Notes: generated by a model from the letters alone, not told the origin. 64,000 nucleotides of DNA from Octopus bimaculoides (GCF_001194135.2 NC_068983.1:102137969-102201968), one strand, 5' to 3'. Counted from the stretch's first letter, positions 51,191-63,705 are shown. Translations and numbers: made by a program.

Positions 51191-51394
51191 GAGGGAGGGT
51201 TCCGTTAACATCTCCGCCATCTGAACCTTTCACACAGCCAATTACGTTTACATGACTTACCTGTCCTGGAAATCTATGTTCAAAGTCATTCTGTAGTGTT
51301 GGTGGAGTAGAATGACTAGAGGGAGACAGCAACAGAAGAAAGAGAAGTCAAAGTGATGGGAAGGAGAAGTACTGGGAGAAGTGATAGATGTTTT

Positions 51395-52110
51395 CCGAAG
51401 GGCGGTGGGGAGGAGAAGACTCGAAAAGTTCACACGATCTCTTTCTCCCCTCATAACTTTCAGGATCTAGTTTAGCACCCGGTCACCAAAACGGAAAAGA
51501 ACCCCCAGTCTAATAGGTGTACAAAAACGTGTAGAAAGCGAATATGAAAACAAAAATTTGCGCAAACGAACGGCAGTGGTGAGGGTACTTTCGAAAAATT
51601 CACACTGTCCGATTTTTTCCTTCATAACTTTTAGGAAAACATTTTCCCCACAAATTTCTTTATAATCATAATCTATGCTGTTTGAAAGGTGTTTCTGTAA
51701 AATTTCATTGAAAGATAATCGATTATCCAAGTTATGAGGGAAAAATCGGATCGTGTGAATTTTCCGAATCCCTCTGCCCCCATCCCCGTTCGTTTGCGCA
51801 AATTTTCGTTTTCTACACGTTTTTGTACATATATATTTTTTTCTCGTTTTGGTGACTGGGCGCTAAACTAGATCCCGAAAGTAATGAGGGGGAAAAAACG
51901 GATCGTGTGAACTTTCCGACAGTCCTCTCCCCACTCCTCCGGAAAATATTTACCCCACAAATTTCTTTATAATCGTAATTTATGCCATATGGACGGTATT
52001 TGTATAAAATTTCACTAATATCTTTTTTCCTGAAAGTTATGAGGGGAAAATCGGGTCTTGTGAATTTTCCTAAAGTCCTCTCCCCACCCACTCCTCGCAA
52101 TTTTTTTTTT
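51395..52110. repeat. Complex inverted plus direct repeat array next to the Merlin relic
   Basis: Inverted arms about 51395-51630 and 51729-51940; direct repeat about 51635-51780 versus 51940-52090; five copies of a ~40-bp motif. Confidence 0.8.
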
Positions 52111-53373
52111 CATATTCGTTTTCTACACATTTTTTTTTTACCCCTAGTAGGCTGTTTTTATTTTGTTTTCTTTAACGGGTCTCAAACTGTATATTGACAG
52201 TGATAGGAGAGGTAGCAATAGGATTGAGAATAATTACAGGTGTGATGGAAGATGAAGTCACATCGATAGGAGAGGGGTGACTGAATAAGGGAGAGAGCAG
52301 TATATGGGAGACTTAAATGTAGATTATTGTACATCCCAATCTACGTCATCATGTCTTTGTTAGGTTTACAATGAAACCATTCAGATATGAGAATTAAGTC
52401 ATCAACATACACAGCTCTATTCAAGTTTTAAAGGAGGAAAAACAATTTACTGAAACAAAACAAAGTATTATTTATTTATTGCAGCATGTTTGTAACAATT
52501 GTTGATCTTCCCTTTTATGTTCCATGTTTGTAAAAGCTGAAGATTATATACAAACAAAAACCAGAATAACAGTAGAAACAACTTAATTTTAGTTAATGAT
52601 AAAAAAAATTAAAAAAAAGATTGCCAAAAATTCAGGGAAGCGAGGATGTGTGATCGGAAAATGTTTTCATCATGCGTTCATAAATTTCAAATAAAGCTCT
52701 TTCTATGTTCCACATATTTGATTAAAATGCTTTTTGATTGTTATACGTTGACTCAACATCTGAAGTGTGAGCGTCATTTTCTTTTTCCTGCTTTGCAATT
52801 TATGAGATCCCGGCTTCAATCCAACTATGTGACACTTTAGGCAAGAAAATCTTACAATCTTGGGCCGGCAAAAGCCTTATGATAAAACTGGGTAGATGGA
52901 AGCTCGTCAGTTATATTATGCCTGTGAAGGTAGAATCATTTCAACAGTTGAGTTCAGGGAAGCGAAGAAGTGTGATCGGAAAATGTTTTCATCATGTGTT
53001 CATAGATTTCAAATAAAGCTCTATGTTCCACATATTTGACATGTTGAATATGAATTATTTCTTTTCATTTTCGCCTACCTTTTACTGGTTTCAGTCATTA
53101 GATTGAATCGACTGCAGTTAAAGCCCAATATGATTGAGTATTTGCTCAAGTTTTTATAGCAATCCACCGTAGGAGTTGTTTGAATTACAAACACTTCAAA
53201 CACTCCCACAATCTCTTTCCACAAAATGTAACTTTCAAAAAGAAAATAAATGTGAAGATTGAGATTAGCAACTGCTAAACATCGTATATATAATGCAAGC
53301 AAGCTACATTTTTTTAAATATAATTTTATATTTAATGTTTTAAATTTTATTATTTTAATTTTTTTTTTCGAAG

Positions 53374-53564
53374 GAGCCAACATCTGATCCGTTCTCTGTA
53401 GCAAGTCCTGAGGACTCGCAAAGTCGCCGAGGCGATCCACTGACTTCGAGTCCTGGTCGAGATTTACCTCCCTTCGAAGATGAATCTGATCTCGGTAGCA
53501 ATCGCGTTCAACAAGATGAAGAGGAGGAAGAAGGAGAAGAACTATTTGGAGATAATTTTGAACA
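53374..53564 (+). CDS. MCM2: MCM2 exon ([12 protein letters not shown]...[18 protein letters not shown]...ELFGDNFE)
   Basis: ttttcgaag| acceptor, CA|gtaagt donor. Confidence 0.9.
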
Positions 53565-56500
53565 GTAAGTTACCTCCCCTGCACCGTTCAATTAAAACTG
53601 GTTCTCGACCGGGATTGATATAAGATTTTAAAATTTGTGCAATAACGTGGTTGTTTCTGCAACATAAAGAATTCTTTAACAGTTTCTTTTTATTCAATTT
53701 CTAATAGTATTGAAAAAAATATTTTTTAAACATCCGACTAGAATAGGAATCGAAGGAGCTCATATGTAAAAAAAAGTTTAGAAACACTAATTCCTCATCA
53801 GTTAATGCCCGTCTTCCATGCTGGCATGGGATGGACGGTTTGACAGGATCTGGCAAACCAGAGTTGTACCAGGCTCCATTGTCTACTTTGTCAGCCACTT
53901 GGTTTTCGGGTTCAGTCTCTTTGTGTGGCATTTTGATTAAATCTATATGAATAAAATTTGGTTTAAGGAAACTGGGTGGAAGCACTTTTTAGGGACTGTT
54001 ATTTGTTTTTGGCTATTAAACTTAATTCAGTGCCTAGTTTGATATCACCACCCGCCACATGGCTCATGACTGCATTTTGTTGGAAAACACTCAGGTGCAA
54101 GCATTTGCACCCATCACCCCGTCTCTGAAGCCTGGAAAAAGTCTTTAATGCTTTTGTTACCATATTTCTGTTGAGATGCTCTGTGTTTCTTTCAAATAAT
54201 TTTAAATATAATGAAGACTTTAGTAAAATAACTCGTGTTAAGAACATAAATTATGACCAACTTTCAAAAGCAAGACATTTGTACTACAAGCCAGGTTGGT
54301 ATCGAAAGGATTAAGAAAGAACCATGCCAACTAATAGAAATATTATCCTGTATATGGTTATGGCTCTATTTATATTTTTCATAACCTGTGCTAGGGAATC
54401 CATTTAAATTCAGTAACCTATTATGATTGGAAAGTATTTGTATAGTATTAAGGAAAATGTTTATGAAATTTGCAAGAAAATGAGCCATGTTAGCATGGAT
54501 AAAAAAATGTAATAAAGCATGTGTGGTAGTTAAGATATTAAGGTACATGATTACTCATTCTGATACTATGAATTCTGTGTTATATATACATTTTCCATAA
54601 TGGTTAATAATTTATACTAGAAAGCAAATGCATTTGTAAAAATATATTTGAAACGTTTATAAAAGCCTTTCTATTTTCCTTTCATTAACCCATTAGCATT
54701 CAAATTATTCTGTCAAATGTAATGCTTATTTAATCACATAGTTTTGATTTAAGTATATAACTATCTTGTTGCTTCAAGGTTTTAACAATGTGATTGTTTA
54801 TTTTCAGAATGACATTGTAGAGTTAGTGTGAGAGGCCAGCCTGGCCAGTTTGTACTTAAAACTGCTAGAATATTTGGGCTTGATGTGACTGGTTTGATAC
54901 AAGAGGGTTAATGTTATGGAGTCAGTTCTTTTTTTATTATTTGTTTGTATTACGAGGTTGAATCTCTTTAACCCTTTAGCATTCAGGTTACTCTAATCAA
55001 ATGTAATGCTTGTTTATTCACATTATTTTGAATTAATCACGCATTATTTTGTAGTTTTGAGATTTGGTTGATGTCAATGTTATTTTTAGAATGACACTGT
55101 AAGATAGGTGTGAAAAGCTGGATCTGGTGAGTTTGGACTTAGAAATAGGTAGAATATTTTTGGCCGGATACAGCCAGCTTACATGCTAAAGCATTAATCA
55201 AGATAAGTATTTTAAACTAGTTTTTTTTCTCATCCAGAGATTATCGACCTATTGCTGCCCTTGATGTATATGATAAAGATGGATTGGATGATGGAGATTT
55301 TTCTGACATATCTGAGTCAGCAAGGCAGGATGCTGAAAAAGAAATGAAGAAGAGGGATCGTGAAGAGGCTTTGACTACTGGACGTATGAGACGGGGTTTT
55401 ATTTATGGTGAGGTCATATTTTGTGTACAACTAAAAAACCATGTTTAACTCTTTAGCATTCAGATTACTTTATCAGATGTCACTTATTTATTCACATTGT
55501 TTTGAATTAATCATGCATCATCTCGTAGCTTTGAGATTCTAAAGAGGTAATTGTATATGTTTAGAATGACATGGTAGGGTAGGTGTAAGAAGCTGAATCT
55601 GGCCAGTTTAAACATAAATCAGGTTAGAATGGCCAGTTTATATGCTAAGATTTTGATGAATGCAGGAATCAATGTAATCTTAAAGCCTACTAGCTGAATT
55701 CCTTAATATCAACACTTTATTTGACTACATATTATTTAACAAAGATACCAGCATTCTATGGTAAAAATTTGTGTATAAACTTGCCAATTGTTAAATGCCA
55801 CTTGAAGAATGTACTGGTGCTTTGGTGTATCTTTAAATGGTTCAGCAGTTATTTTTGTCTGTAAAACTATAAAAATGATTTTGGAATAAGCTAATATTTT
55901 ATATATTCGTTTTTATTGAACCACATTTTAACCTATATGGTTTTATTGTAAACTTTTTAAACAAGTTATTTGAATTATTTCAAACAATAAAGTTGTTTGC
56001 TGTTTTTTTTTCTTTTATATTCTGTATAATTGGTTATTAGAATGTTAGTTACAAAAGTGTAATTACATAATGCTTTGTTAGATGACTCCGATGAAGATGA
56101 AGAAAGACCAACTCGCCGAAGACGCATGGCAGAGCGAGCAGCTGAAGGTGCGATGGAAGAGGAGGAGGAGGTATGTAGTTTTTGTTTTAAGTTTGAAACA
56201 CCTTGATCAGAAGATAAGACATCAGTCACTTGAATATCACACTTGAAGAATTCAATTATGATGGTAGTAGACTAGAATCTCAAAGATTCATGGGATAAGT
56301 TTTCTTAGTATTAAGCAGATGTACTATAAATTGTGTGTCACAGATGCTGGTTTGTCTTGAGCGTTTGCTGATTGATGAATTTTACCTAATACTGCAAGCT
56401 AGGGCATTGGACAATTTCACACGGCATTTGTTATAGTGTTCTAGCAGTCTTAACTATGGTGGCTTGATGAAATATAGAACTCGATCCATTAACTCTTTAG

Positions 56501-58726
56501 CATTCAGATTATTCTGTCGGGCATAAATAACATTTATAAATTCAAGTTGGTTTGAACTAATCATATTATCTCACTACTTCAAGATTTCAATGATGTGATA
56601 GTATGTTTTTACAATGACATTATATGGTAGGTGTGAGAGACCAAATTTGGTCAGTTTGAACACAAAACATGTAGAATATTTGGGCTTGATATGGTTGGTT
56701 TAAATGTTAAAGAGTTAAGAATGAAGTATTTTATCCAAGGGTACATTTCATCACCATTGCCAGGACATAAAATAAAGACTATTTTACTGTCTTAACTGTC
56801 ATTGTTTCAATATGTCTATGAAAAGATTTCCTCCTCAACAAGACCATAGCAATGTGGTTTCCAGTGATGGTAAGATACACTGACAACAGTTTTAATTTAA
56901 TACTGTTACATTTGATACTTTTTTACAGCTGGCAAGCTTTCTGCAATACCATCATTAGCCTCATTTAACATTCGCTTTCTATGCAGATATGGGTTGGACA
57001 ATTTGACAAGCTGGCAAGCCAGAAGACTGTGTCAAGCTCTGTTGTCTGTTTTGGCATGGTTTCTACAGCTGGATGCCCTTCCTAATACCAACCGCTTTAC
57101 AGAGTGTACTGTAAAGATTGTACTTTTCATGGCACCAATATTAGTGGGAGTCACCAAGCAACTTGCAAGACTGTTAGCAGTAGTATTGAGGAAGGTGGTT
57201 CTGTGCCAGTTGATGAGAGGTTGAAAGAACAATAGAAGAATAGAGATAGGTAGGATCCCAGTTGGAAGAGGAGGGTGAGAATGCTGGAGATGAAGAGTGA
57301 GAGAGATGGTGGTGGGTATGTATCTGGACACACCCTTAAAAAGTACAGTGGTGGGGTGACTATAGGTGAAGTGATACGGAGGATTGGACTACTTGAGTGT
57401 GGAGCTATAGTAGAAGACATTTGCCCAAGATATTTTGCAGTGGGACTGAACTTGAAACTGCATGTTTGGAAGCAAGATTCCTCACCAAACAGCTACACCT
57501 GCACTTATTCACTGTGTGTGTGTGTGTGTGTGTATATACAGTGCTGGATTAACCATTAAGCAAAATAAGCACATGTTTAGGGTATCAGGAGAAGGAGGGG
57601 GCACCACAGAAATGGTAAATGGTTTACAGCACAAAAGAAATCACTTTAAATTTGCTAAAATAATTTTCAGGATGCCTTTATCTCTACTAAATATAGATAC
57701 AGATGTGTTACCTAACATTAATTTTGAGGATCTAATCAAAGACTTTGCAATTCAAAAAAGTAGCAGGAAGCTTTTTAAATATAAATAAAGTGGAAGTATC
57801 CCAAAATGAACATTATTTTCCCTCTTACTGTTTTGCTTCGTTTTGAAAAATAAAAATTTATTTTATGGTTTGTTATTATTTATATTTTGAATTACATAAT
57901 CTTTTATNNNNNNNNNNNNNNNNNNNNNNNNNNNNNNNNNNNNNNNNNNNNNNNNNNNNNNNNNNNNNNNNNNNNNNNNNNNNNNNNNNNNNNNNNNNNN
58001 NNNNNNNNNNNNNNNNNNNNNNNNNNNNNNNNNNNNNNNNNNNNNNNNNNNNNNNNNNNNNNNNNNNNNNNNNNNNNNNNNNNNNNNNNNNNNNNNNNNN
58101 NNNNNNNNNNNNNNNNNNNNNNNNNNNNNNNNNNNNNNNNNNNNNNNNNNNNNNNNNNNNNNNNNNNNNNNNNNNNNNNNNNNNNNNNNNNNNNNNNNNN
58201 NNNNNNNNNNNNNNNNNNNNNNNNNNNNNNNNNNNNNNNNNNNNNNNNNNNNNNNNNNNNNNNNNNNNNNNNNNNNNNNNNNNNNNNNNNNNNNNNNNNN
58301 NNNNNNNNNNNNNNNNNNNNNNNNNNNNNNNNNNNNNNNNNNNNNNNNNNNNNNNNNNNNNNNNNNNNNNNNNNNNNNNNNNNNNNNNNNNNNNNNNNNN
58401 NNNNNNNNNNNNNNNNNNNNNNNNNNNNNNNNNNNNNNNNNNNNNNNNNNNNNNNTTGGCAGAGTTTCTATAGCTGGATGCCCTTCCTAACGCCAACCAC
58501 TCTGAGAGTGTAGTGGGTGCTTTTACATGCCACCAGCACGAATGCCAGTCAGGAGGTACTGGCAACGGCCACGCTCAAAATGGTGTATTTTATGTGCCAC
58601 CTGCACAGGAGCCAGTCCAGCGGTACTGGCAATGAACTCGCTCGAATGTCTTTTCACGTGTCACTGACAGAAGTGCCAGGAATGCGACATTGGTAACGAT
58701 CACGCTCAAATGGTTGTGTGTGTGTG

Positions 58727-58792
<66 letters not shown>

Positions 58793-60839
58793 ACCATAAA
58801 CTCTGGATGCTTTACTGCAATATGTATGACTTTTTTATATGTTTTATTGAAGTTTATGTGTTAACTTAATAGAAACATTTTGCTAATTTTTGTATTCTTA
58901 TGTTTTTGCTAGATTGAGAGTATAGAAAATTTAGAAGATATGAAAGGCTATTCTGTTCGTGAGTGGGTGACACTGTTAGCTCCGAAGACTGAAATAAAGA
59001 ATCGATTCAAGAACTTCCTGAGAACTTTCATTGATTCTAAAGGACACAATGTTTACCGTGAAAAAATAAGACAAATGATTGAAGGTGAAATGTTTTTCTT
59101 TTCTGTTTTATGAACTGATATTGGAATTTAGTTATTGTGACAAGAAACGGAATGGAATTTTGAGATTTCTATCTTGCATGCATGGTAGATAATGCAGGGA
59201 TTGAGTCAATAACATCTTGGTTTTACACACACATATTCTACTTCAGAGTTCATGTATTGTTGGTATAAAAAGCAAAGCAATTTAAGTGTGCTATGTATCT
59301 GTTCCAGTGCATCTCCCTCGCTCTCTCTTTTATCTGTTTGTCTCCACCACTGCTTGGCAACCAGTGTTGGTTTGTTTACATCCCTTAAATACCAGGCATA
59401 AAAACAAAAATAAGAAATGGGTTTGATTCATTCAACTAAAATTCTCCGTGGTGGTACTCCAGCATGGCGCAGTCTGATGACTGAAACAAGTAAAAAATAG
59501 AAGATATATGCGTATGTATATGACAGGCTTCATTCAGTTTTCTTCTACCAAATCCACTCAAGTCTTTGGCCTGTTTTGGGGCTATAGTAGAAAATACTTA
59601 TCGGCGGTACCACACAGTGGGACTGAGATCAAACCCATGTGGTTGGGAAGCAAACCTCTTAAACCACACAGCCTTGTTTGTGCCTCATCTATTGATGAAA
59701 ATGTCTGTAGGTCTTTGTTCTGATTTATCGGAAAAGAAATATATACGAATCCTGATAATAAATTGGATATTTGTTAGGTGTAAGGGAAATTTATTCATAA
59801 CAGGTAATTCATTTTAAACACTGGCATCAAATATGGACTAGAACATCAATTTCCCCTAAATGTTTGAAGTATTATACTGCAGCGAAATTATGTGATGTAG
59901 AAAACAGAATGATATTTACAAAGCTTCAATATTGTTAATGGACCACACTCATGGATCATTATTTTTAATGCTGGTATGGATTAGATGAGCTGTTGAGGTA
60001 GTATTCTTCAATGAGATGCTCTTCATGTTGCTAACACTTGTTTTCAGATGAGGTATTAAATTCCACTGGACTTTCCACATAATGAAAACTGCCAAACAAT
60101 GGGACATACTCTTTATGAGAGATGTAAACACTGTTTATGCTCACATAGTGACAGTGTGAGAGCACTTCTGCACACATAAAAAGATAAATACATATTTATG
60201 TGTGTGTGAGTGAGTATATAAAAATCATTATCATTTAACCTCCACTCTTCCATGCTTGCATGGGTCAGACAACATTTGTTAGGCAGATTTTTTTACAGTT
60301 GAATGTCCTCCTTGTTGCCAACCCTAATTTGTTTCTGAACAAGGTAATATTTTCTCCATGACGAGACATTTTTCATGGAAGACTAGATGCACACACTTGT
60401 GACAGACTTCTTTCAGTTTCCATGTACCAAAGTTGTTCACAAGGCTTTGGTCAGCCCAGGGCTTTCCCATGGTGCTACATAGTTCTGAAACAAACTTCTT
60501 AACCATATGAACACTTGTATATTTCTTAGTGGCAAAACACAATGCAGGCACTGGTTTCTTACATAAAATTAATAAAATAAAACTAATAACTGATGGCGTA
60601 CAATCAGACTTTTAGTACCTCATTCAGTGTGCTGTGGAATAAAAATGTTTGAAGAACATTGAGTTAAATTTTTATTTTATTGGCTGTTTGTATTATTTAA
60701 TAATTAATTGTTTTCATATTACTTTTTAGCAAACAAACAGAGTCTTGTGATAGACTACAATATGTTAGCATCAGCAGAGCAGGTCTTGGCTTACTTTTTG
60801 CCTGAAGCTCCAGCAGAGATTTTACCTACATTTGATGAA
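53374..60839 (+). CDS. MCM2: DNA replication licensing factor MCM2 (N-terminal part; gene continues past the window)
   Basis: Exons 53374-53564, 55238-55407, 56082-56170, 58913-59084, 60730-60839 join in frame. Peptides [67 protein letters not shown] and [11 protein letters not shown] match MCM2. Confidence 0.95.
54685..55197 (+). mobile_element. Two neighbouring piggyBac-like MITE copies (54685-54911, 54968-55197)
   Basis: Each has TTAA ends and the family body. Confidence 0.78.
55238..55407 (+). CDS. MCM2: MCM2 exon ([15 protein letters not shown]...GRMRRGFIY)
   Basis: catccag| acceptor, G|gtgagg donor. Confidence 0.93.
55445..55650 (+). mobile_element. piggyBac-like MITE copy (3' end degraded)
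   Basis: TTAACTCTTTAGCATTCAG start and family body. Confidence 0.72.
56082..56170 (+). CDS. MCM2: MCM2 exon ([29 protein letters not shown])
   Basis: tgttag| acceptor, |gtatgt donor. Confidence 0.92.
56489..56718 (+). mobile_element. piggyBac-like MITE copy
   Basis: TTAACTCTTTAGCA...TGTTAAAGAGTTAA. Confidence 0.76.
57539..57790 (+). mobile_element. Internally deleted hAT element with C-terminal dimerisation-domain remnant
   Basis: CAGTGCTGGATTAACC terminus; [32 protein letters not shown] resembles hAT transposase C-termini. Confidence 0.6.
58456..58710 (-). mobile_element. RTE LINE 3'UTR piece
   Basis: Same family; abuts a gap. Confidence 0.72.
58913..59084 (+). CDS. MCM2: MCM2 exon ([19 protein letters not shown]...[10 protein letters not shown])
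   Basis: tgctag| acceptor, G|gtgaaa donor. Confidence 0.93.
60730..60839 (+). CDS. MCM2: MCM2 exon ([36 protein letters not shown])
   Basis: tttttag| acceptor, |gtaagt donor. Confidence 0.93.
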
Positions 60840-61163
60840 GTAAGTTGGATTTAGTAGGTCTTTGTAAAATTTTATTATTTTTACATAGATTTCTGATTGA
60901 AGAAACAAACATGCACATTATCACCCTAGATACTTGAATGCTCTTTTTGTATTAAGGGACCCCCCCCCATCTGCATAGCTTCCTTATGTAACTGAATCAT
61001 CTAAATTTCTTTTGATTTAGTTTTTATCTAGGCTTTGACATATTTTATACAAGTATATCACTTTTCTGAATGGACTAGTAAAGTTGAAGATTTATGTTAC
61101 AATACTTGTCATATTTGATGTTCAACTTTGTTAGTTTTTATGACATACTCCCAGTTTCCACAT

Positions 61164-61494
61164 ATCATCATCATCATTGTTTAATGTCCGCTTTCCATGC
61201 TAGCATGGGTTGGACGATTTGACTGAGGACTGGTGAAACTGGATGGCAACACCAAGCTCCAATCTGATTTAGCAGTGTTTCTACAACTGGATGCCCTTCC
61301 TAACGCCAACCACTCAGAGAGTGTAGTGGGTGCTTTTACGTGTCACCCGCACGAAGGCCAGTCAGGCGGTACTGGCAACGGCCACGCTCAAAATGGTGTA
61401 TTTTATGTGCCACCTGCACAAGAGCCAGTCCAGGGGCACTAGCAACGATCTCGCTCGAAAATCCTACGAAGGCCAGTCAGTCGGTACTGGCAAC
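61164..61494 (-). mobile_element. RTE LINE 3' end
   Basis: Same family; abuts a gap. Confidence 0.8.
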
Positions 61495-61988
61495 NNNNNN
61501 NNNNNNNNNNNNNNNNNNNNNNNNNNNNNNNNNNNNNNNNNNNNNNNNNNNNNNNNNNNNNNNNNNNNNNNNNNNNNNNNNNNNNNNNNNNNNNNNNNNN
61601 NNNNNNNNNNNNNAATATAAATCCCGTTATGTGTGTGTGTGTGTAAAAGATTATAACAGCTGTATTTTTCAACTGATTTTCTCCAAAGTGGGAACATATA
61701 TTACATTCTAGGGATGTTTTTTTTTTATATTAGATTCACTCCTTTGAAAGTTTAAAAAAATATTTACTTCCGGTTTTCTAGCATCAGTGACGTCTATATC
61801 TCCATCTCTGTATCTATCTGTCTATATCTTATTTGTCTAACTCTTATATCTCAGTCACTCTCTAGTTTTCACTTTCATTTTTCAGACGCTATTGTTTGCA
61901 TTATAAGTTCGATTGCTATTCACAAACAACGACAAATTACTGACAGAAAGAAGTTCGCAATTACTGATGAAAGAAATTTCATACATAA

Positions 61989-62240
61989 TTTACTGACAGA
62001 AATAACTTCATAAATTTCACTTCAATCCATACACTTCATTAACTTTGCCTATAAATTTCTTATTACTTTTGCAACATTTTGTGTTTTTCTGTTGTTGACA
62101 GAATTACTGATAAACGTAAGTTTATAATTTACTGACAGAAGTAACTTCATAAATTTCACTTAAATCCGCACACTTAGTTAATTTCCCTAAAAATTTCTTA
62201 TTTATTTTTGCGACAGTTTCGTGTTTTTCTGTTGTTAACG
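61989..62240 (+). repeat. ~140-bp tandem duplication upstream of the Helitron ORF
   Basis: TACTGACAGAA(A/G)TAACTTCATAAATTTCACTT...GTGTTTTTCTGTTGTT occurs at about 61990 and 62131. Confidence 0.7.
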
Positions 62241-62440
62241 GTTTTTTTCTGGTTTCTTCGATACTGGCTCTTTATATATAAATGACAAATTTCGCTTCAA
62301 CCTGTACAATTCTTTATTTTCTATAAAAAATTCTTATTTACTTTCTGCCCATCGTATTAAGAAATATAATTTCTGTTACCCAGTTATTTTCATTGTTTAC
62401 TATCTTCTGCACCTGTGTATTTCTGTATGCGTATATAACC

Positions 62441-63000
62441 ATGCCTAGAAGGAAAATGTCAAAGTCAGCCAAAAGAATGTCGCTGTCCAGGGAAAGAGAG
62501 ACAGCTGCAGAATGGAAGCATACCAAGAAACGAACAGATTACAAAAGCCAGAGCAAGTGATAAACAGAGGTATGCATGGCTGACAAGGAATAGGATCTCC
62601 ACTGCAGAATGAAGAACAGTTGCAACAACTCAGAGAGGCAACTTCTATGAAGCAGCTTTCAATTATGATCTGGCAGTTCATTTTGTGCAAATGACACTAG
62701 AGTTTCCATTGGTGCATACATTGTAAAGCAAGGGAGTTGCCTGGAGAGACACTTGCACTGTGCTGCAGTGGTGGAAAGGTCAAACTCCCTGCAATCCCCC
62801 AACCTCCAGAGCCATTGAAGAAACTGTTATCGTTAACTGACCAAGATTCCAAGCACTTTCAAAACAAAATTAGACAATACAATGTTGCACTACAGATAAC
62901 ATCATTTGGAGCCACAAGAAATTTAAATGAGTCAGGATTCATGCAAACTTTCAAGATCCAAGGTCAAATTTATCATTGGATTGGCTCTCTGCTACTTCTG
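62441..63000 (+). pseudogene. Helitron RepHel N-terminal relic in an MCM2 intron
   Basis: CIHCKA...LCCSGGKVKLPAIPQPPEPLKKLL...FQNKIRQYNVALQITSFGA...GFMQTFKIQGQIYHWIGSLL; the upstream part from ATG 62441 has stops and frameshifts. Confidence 0.82.
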
Positions 63001-63292
63001 TGAAATGGATCACCAAAATCGGCCTTTCATTGTTAATAATCTATACCTGTTCTTTAGTTACAAAATAAGCTATACAAAACGTGTTTTTGAAATACGTGTA
63101 TTTACTTTATATACATATATCAGTTGAAAACTTTCTTTTAACATTTCACTTAACGTCTATGTACCATGCTGACATGGGTTGGAGAGTTATTAATGTAGAA
63201 AGTTGGTATCTCAGCTACTAGCAGTTGAGACCTGTGTTTCTGAATTTCATTTTTCTCTTTAACCCTGACAACGTTGAGTATTTCTGCTAGTG

Positions 63293-63365
<73 letters not shown>

Positions 63366-63705
63366 TGAAATCATGATCTACGGATATCCAAGTGGCATTA
63401 TCTATGATGGTGTGTCTTAATTCTTTACCTGTTCACCTGATTACTGTTCTCTTCTGCCATATTTTCAGTGTTATTGATGGTTTTATTGGGGTTTTAACTC
63501 GTATTTCTAACATGTTAATTGCCCAGTACGCCCTTATGCTTAATGCTAATTTTAATTCTATAGCTATTTAATGCTATTTGATACCTGTAATCATCTATAT
63601 TATTGCTGTTATTATCAATTATTTATATTCGCTGTAGATTTAATAATATCTTTATGAGTGTTCACATTTGAATAGTTACTCCTTGATTTATATATATCTA
63701 CATCT

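Noticed and set aside
53075-53440. Minus-strand ORFs 53075-53440 and 55975-56229
   Set aside because: Antisense shadows of MCM2 exons.
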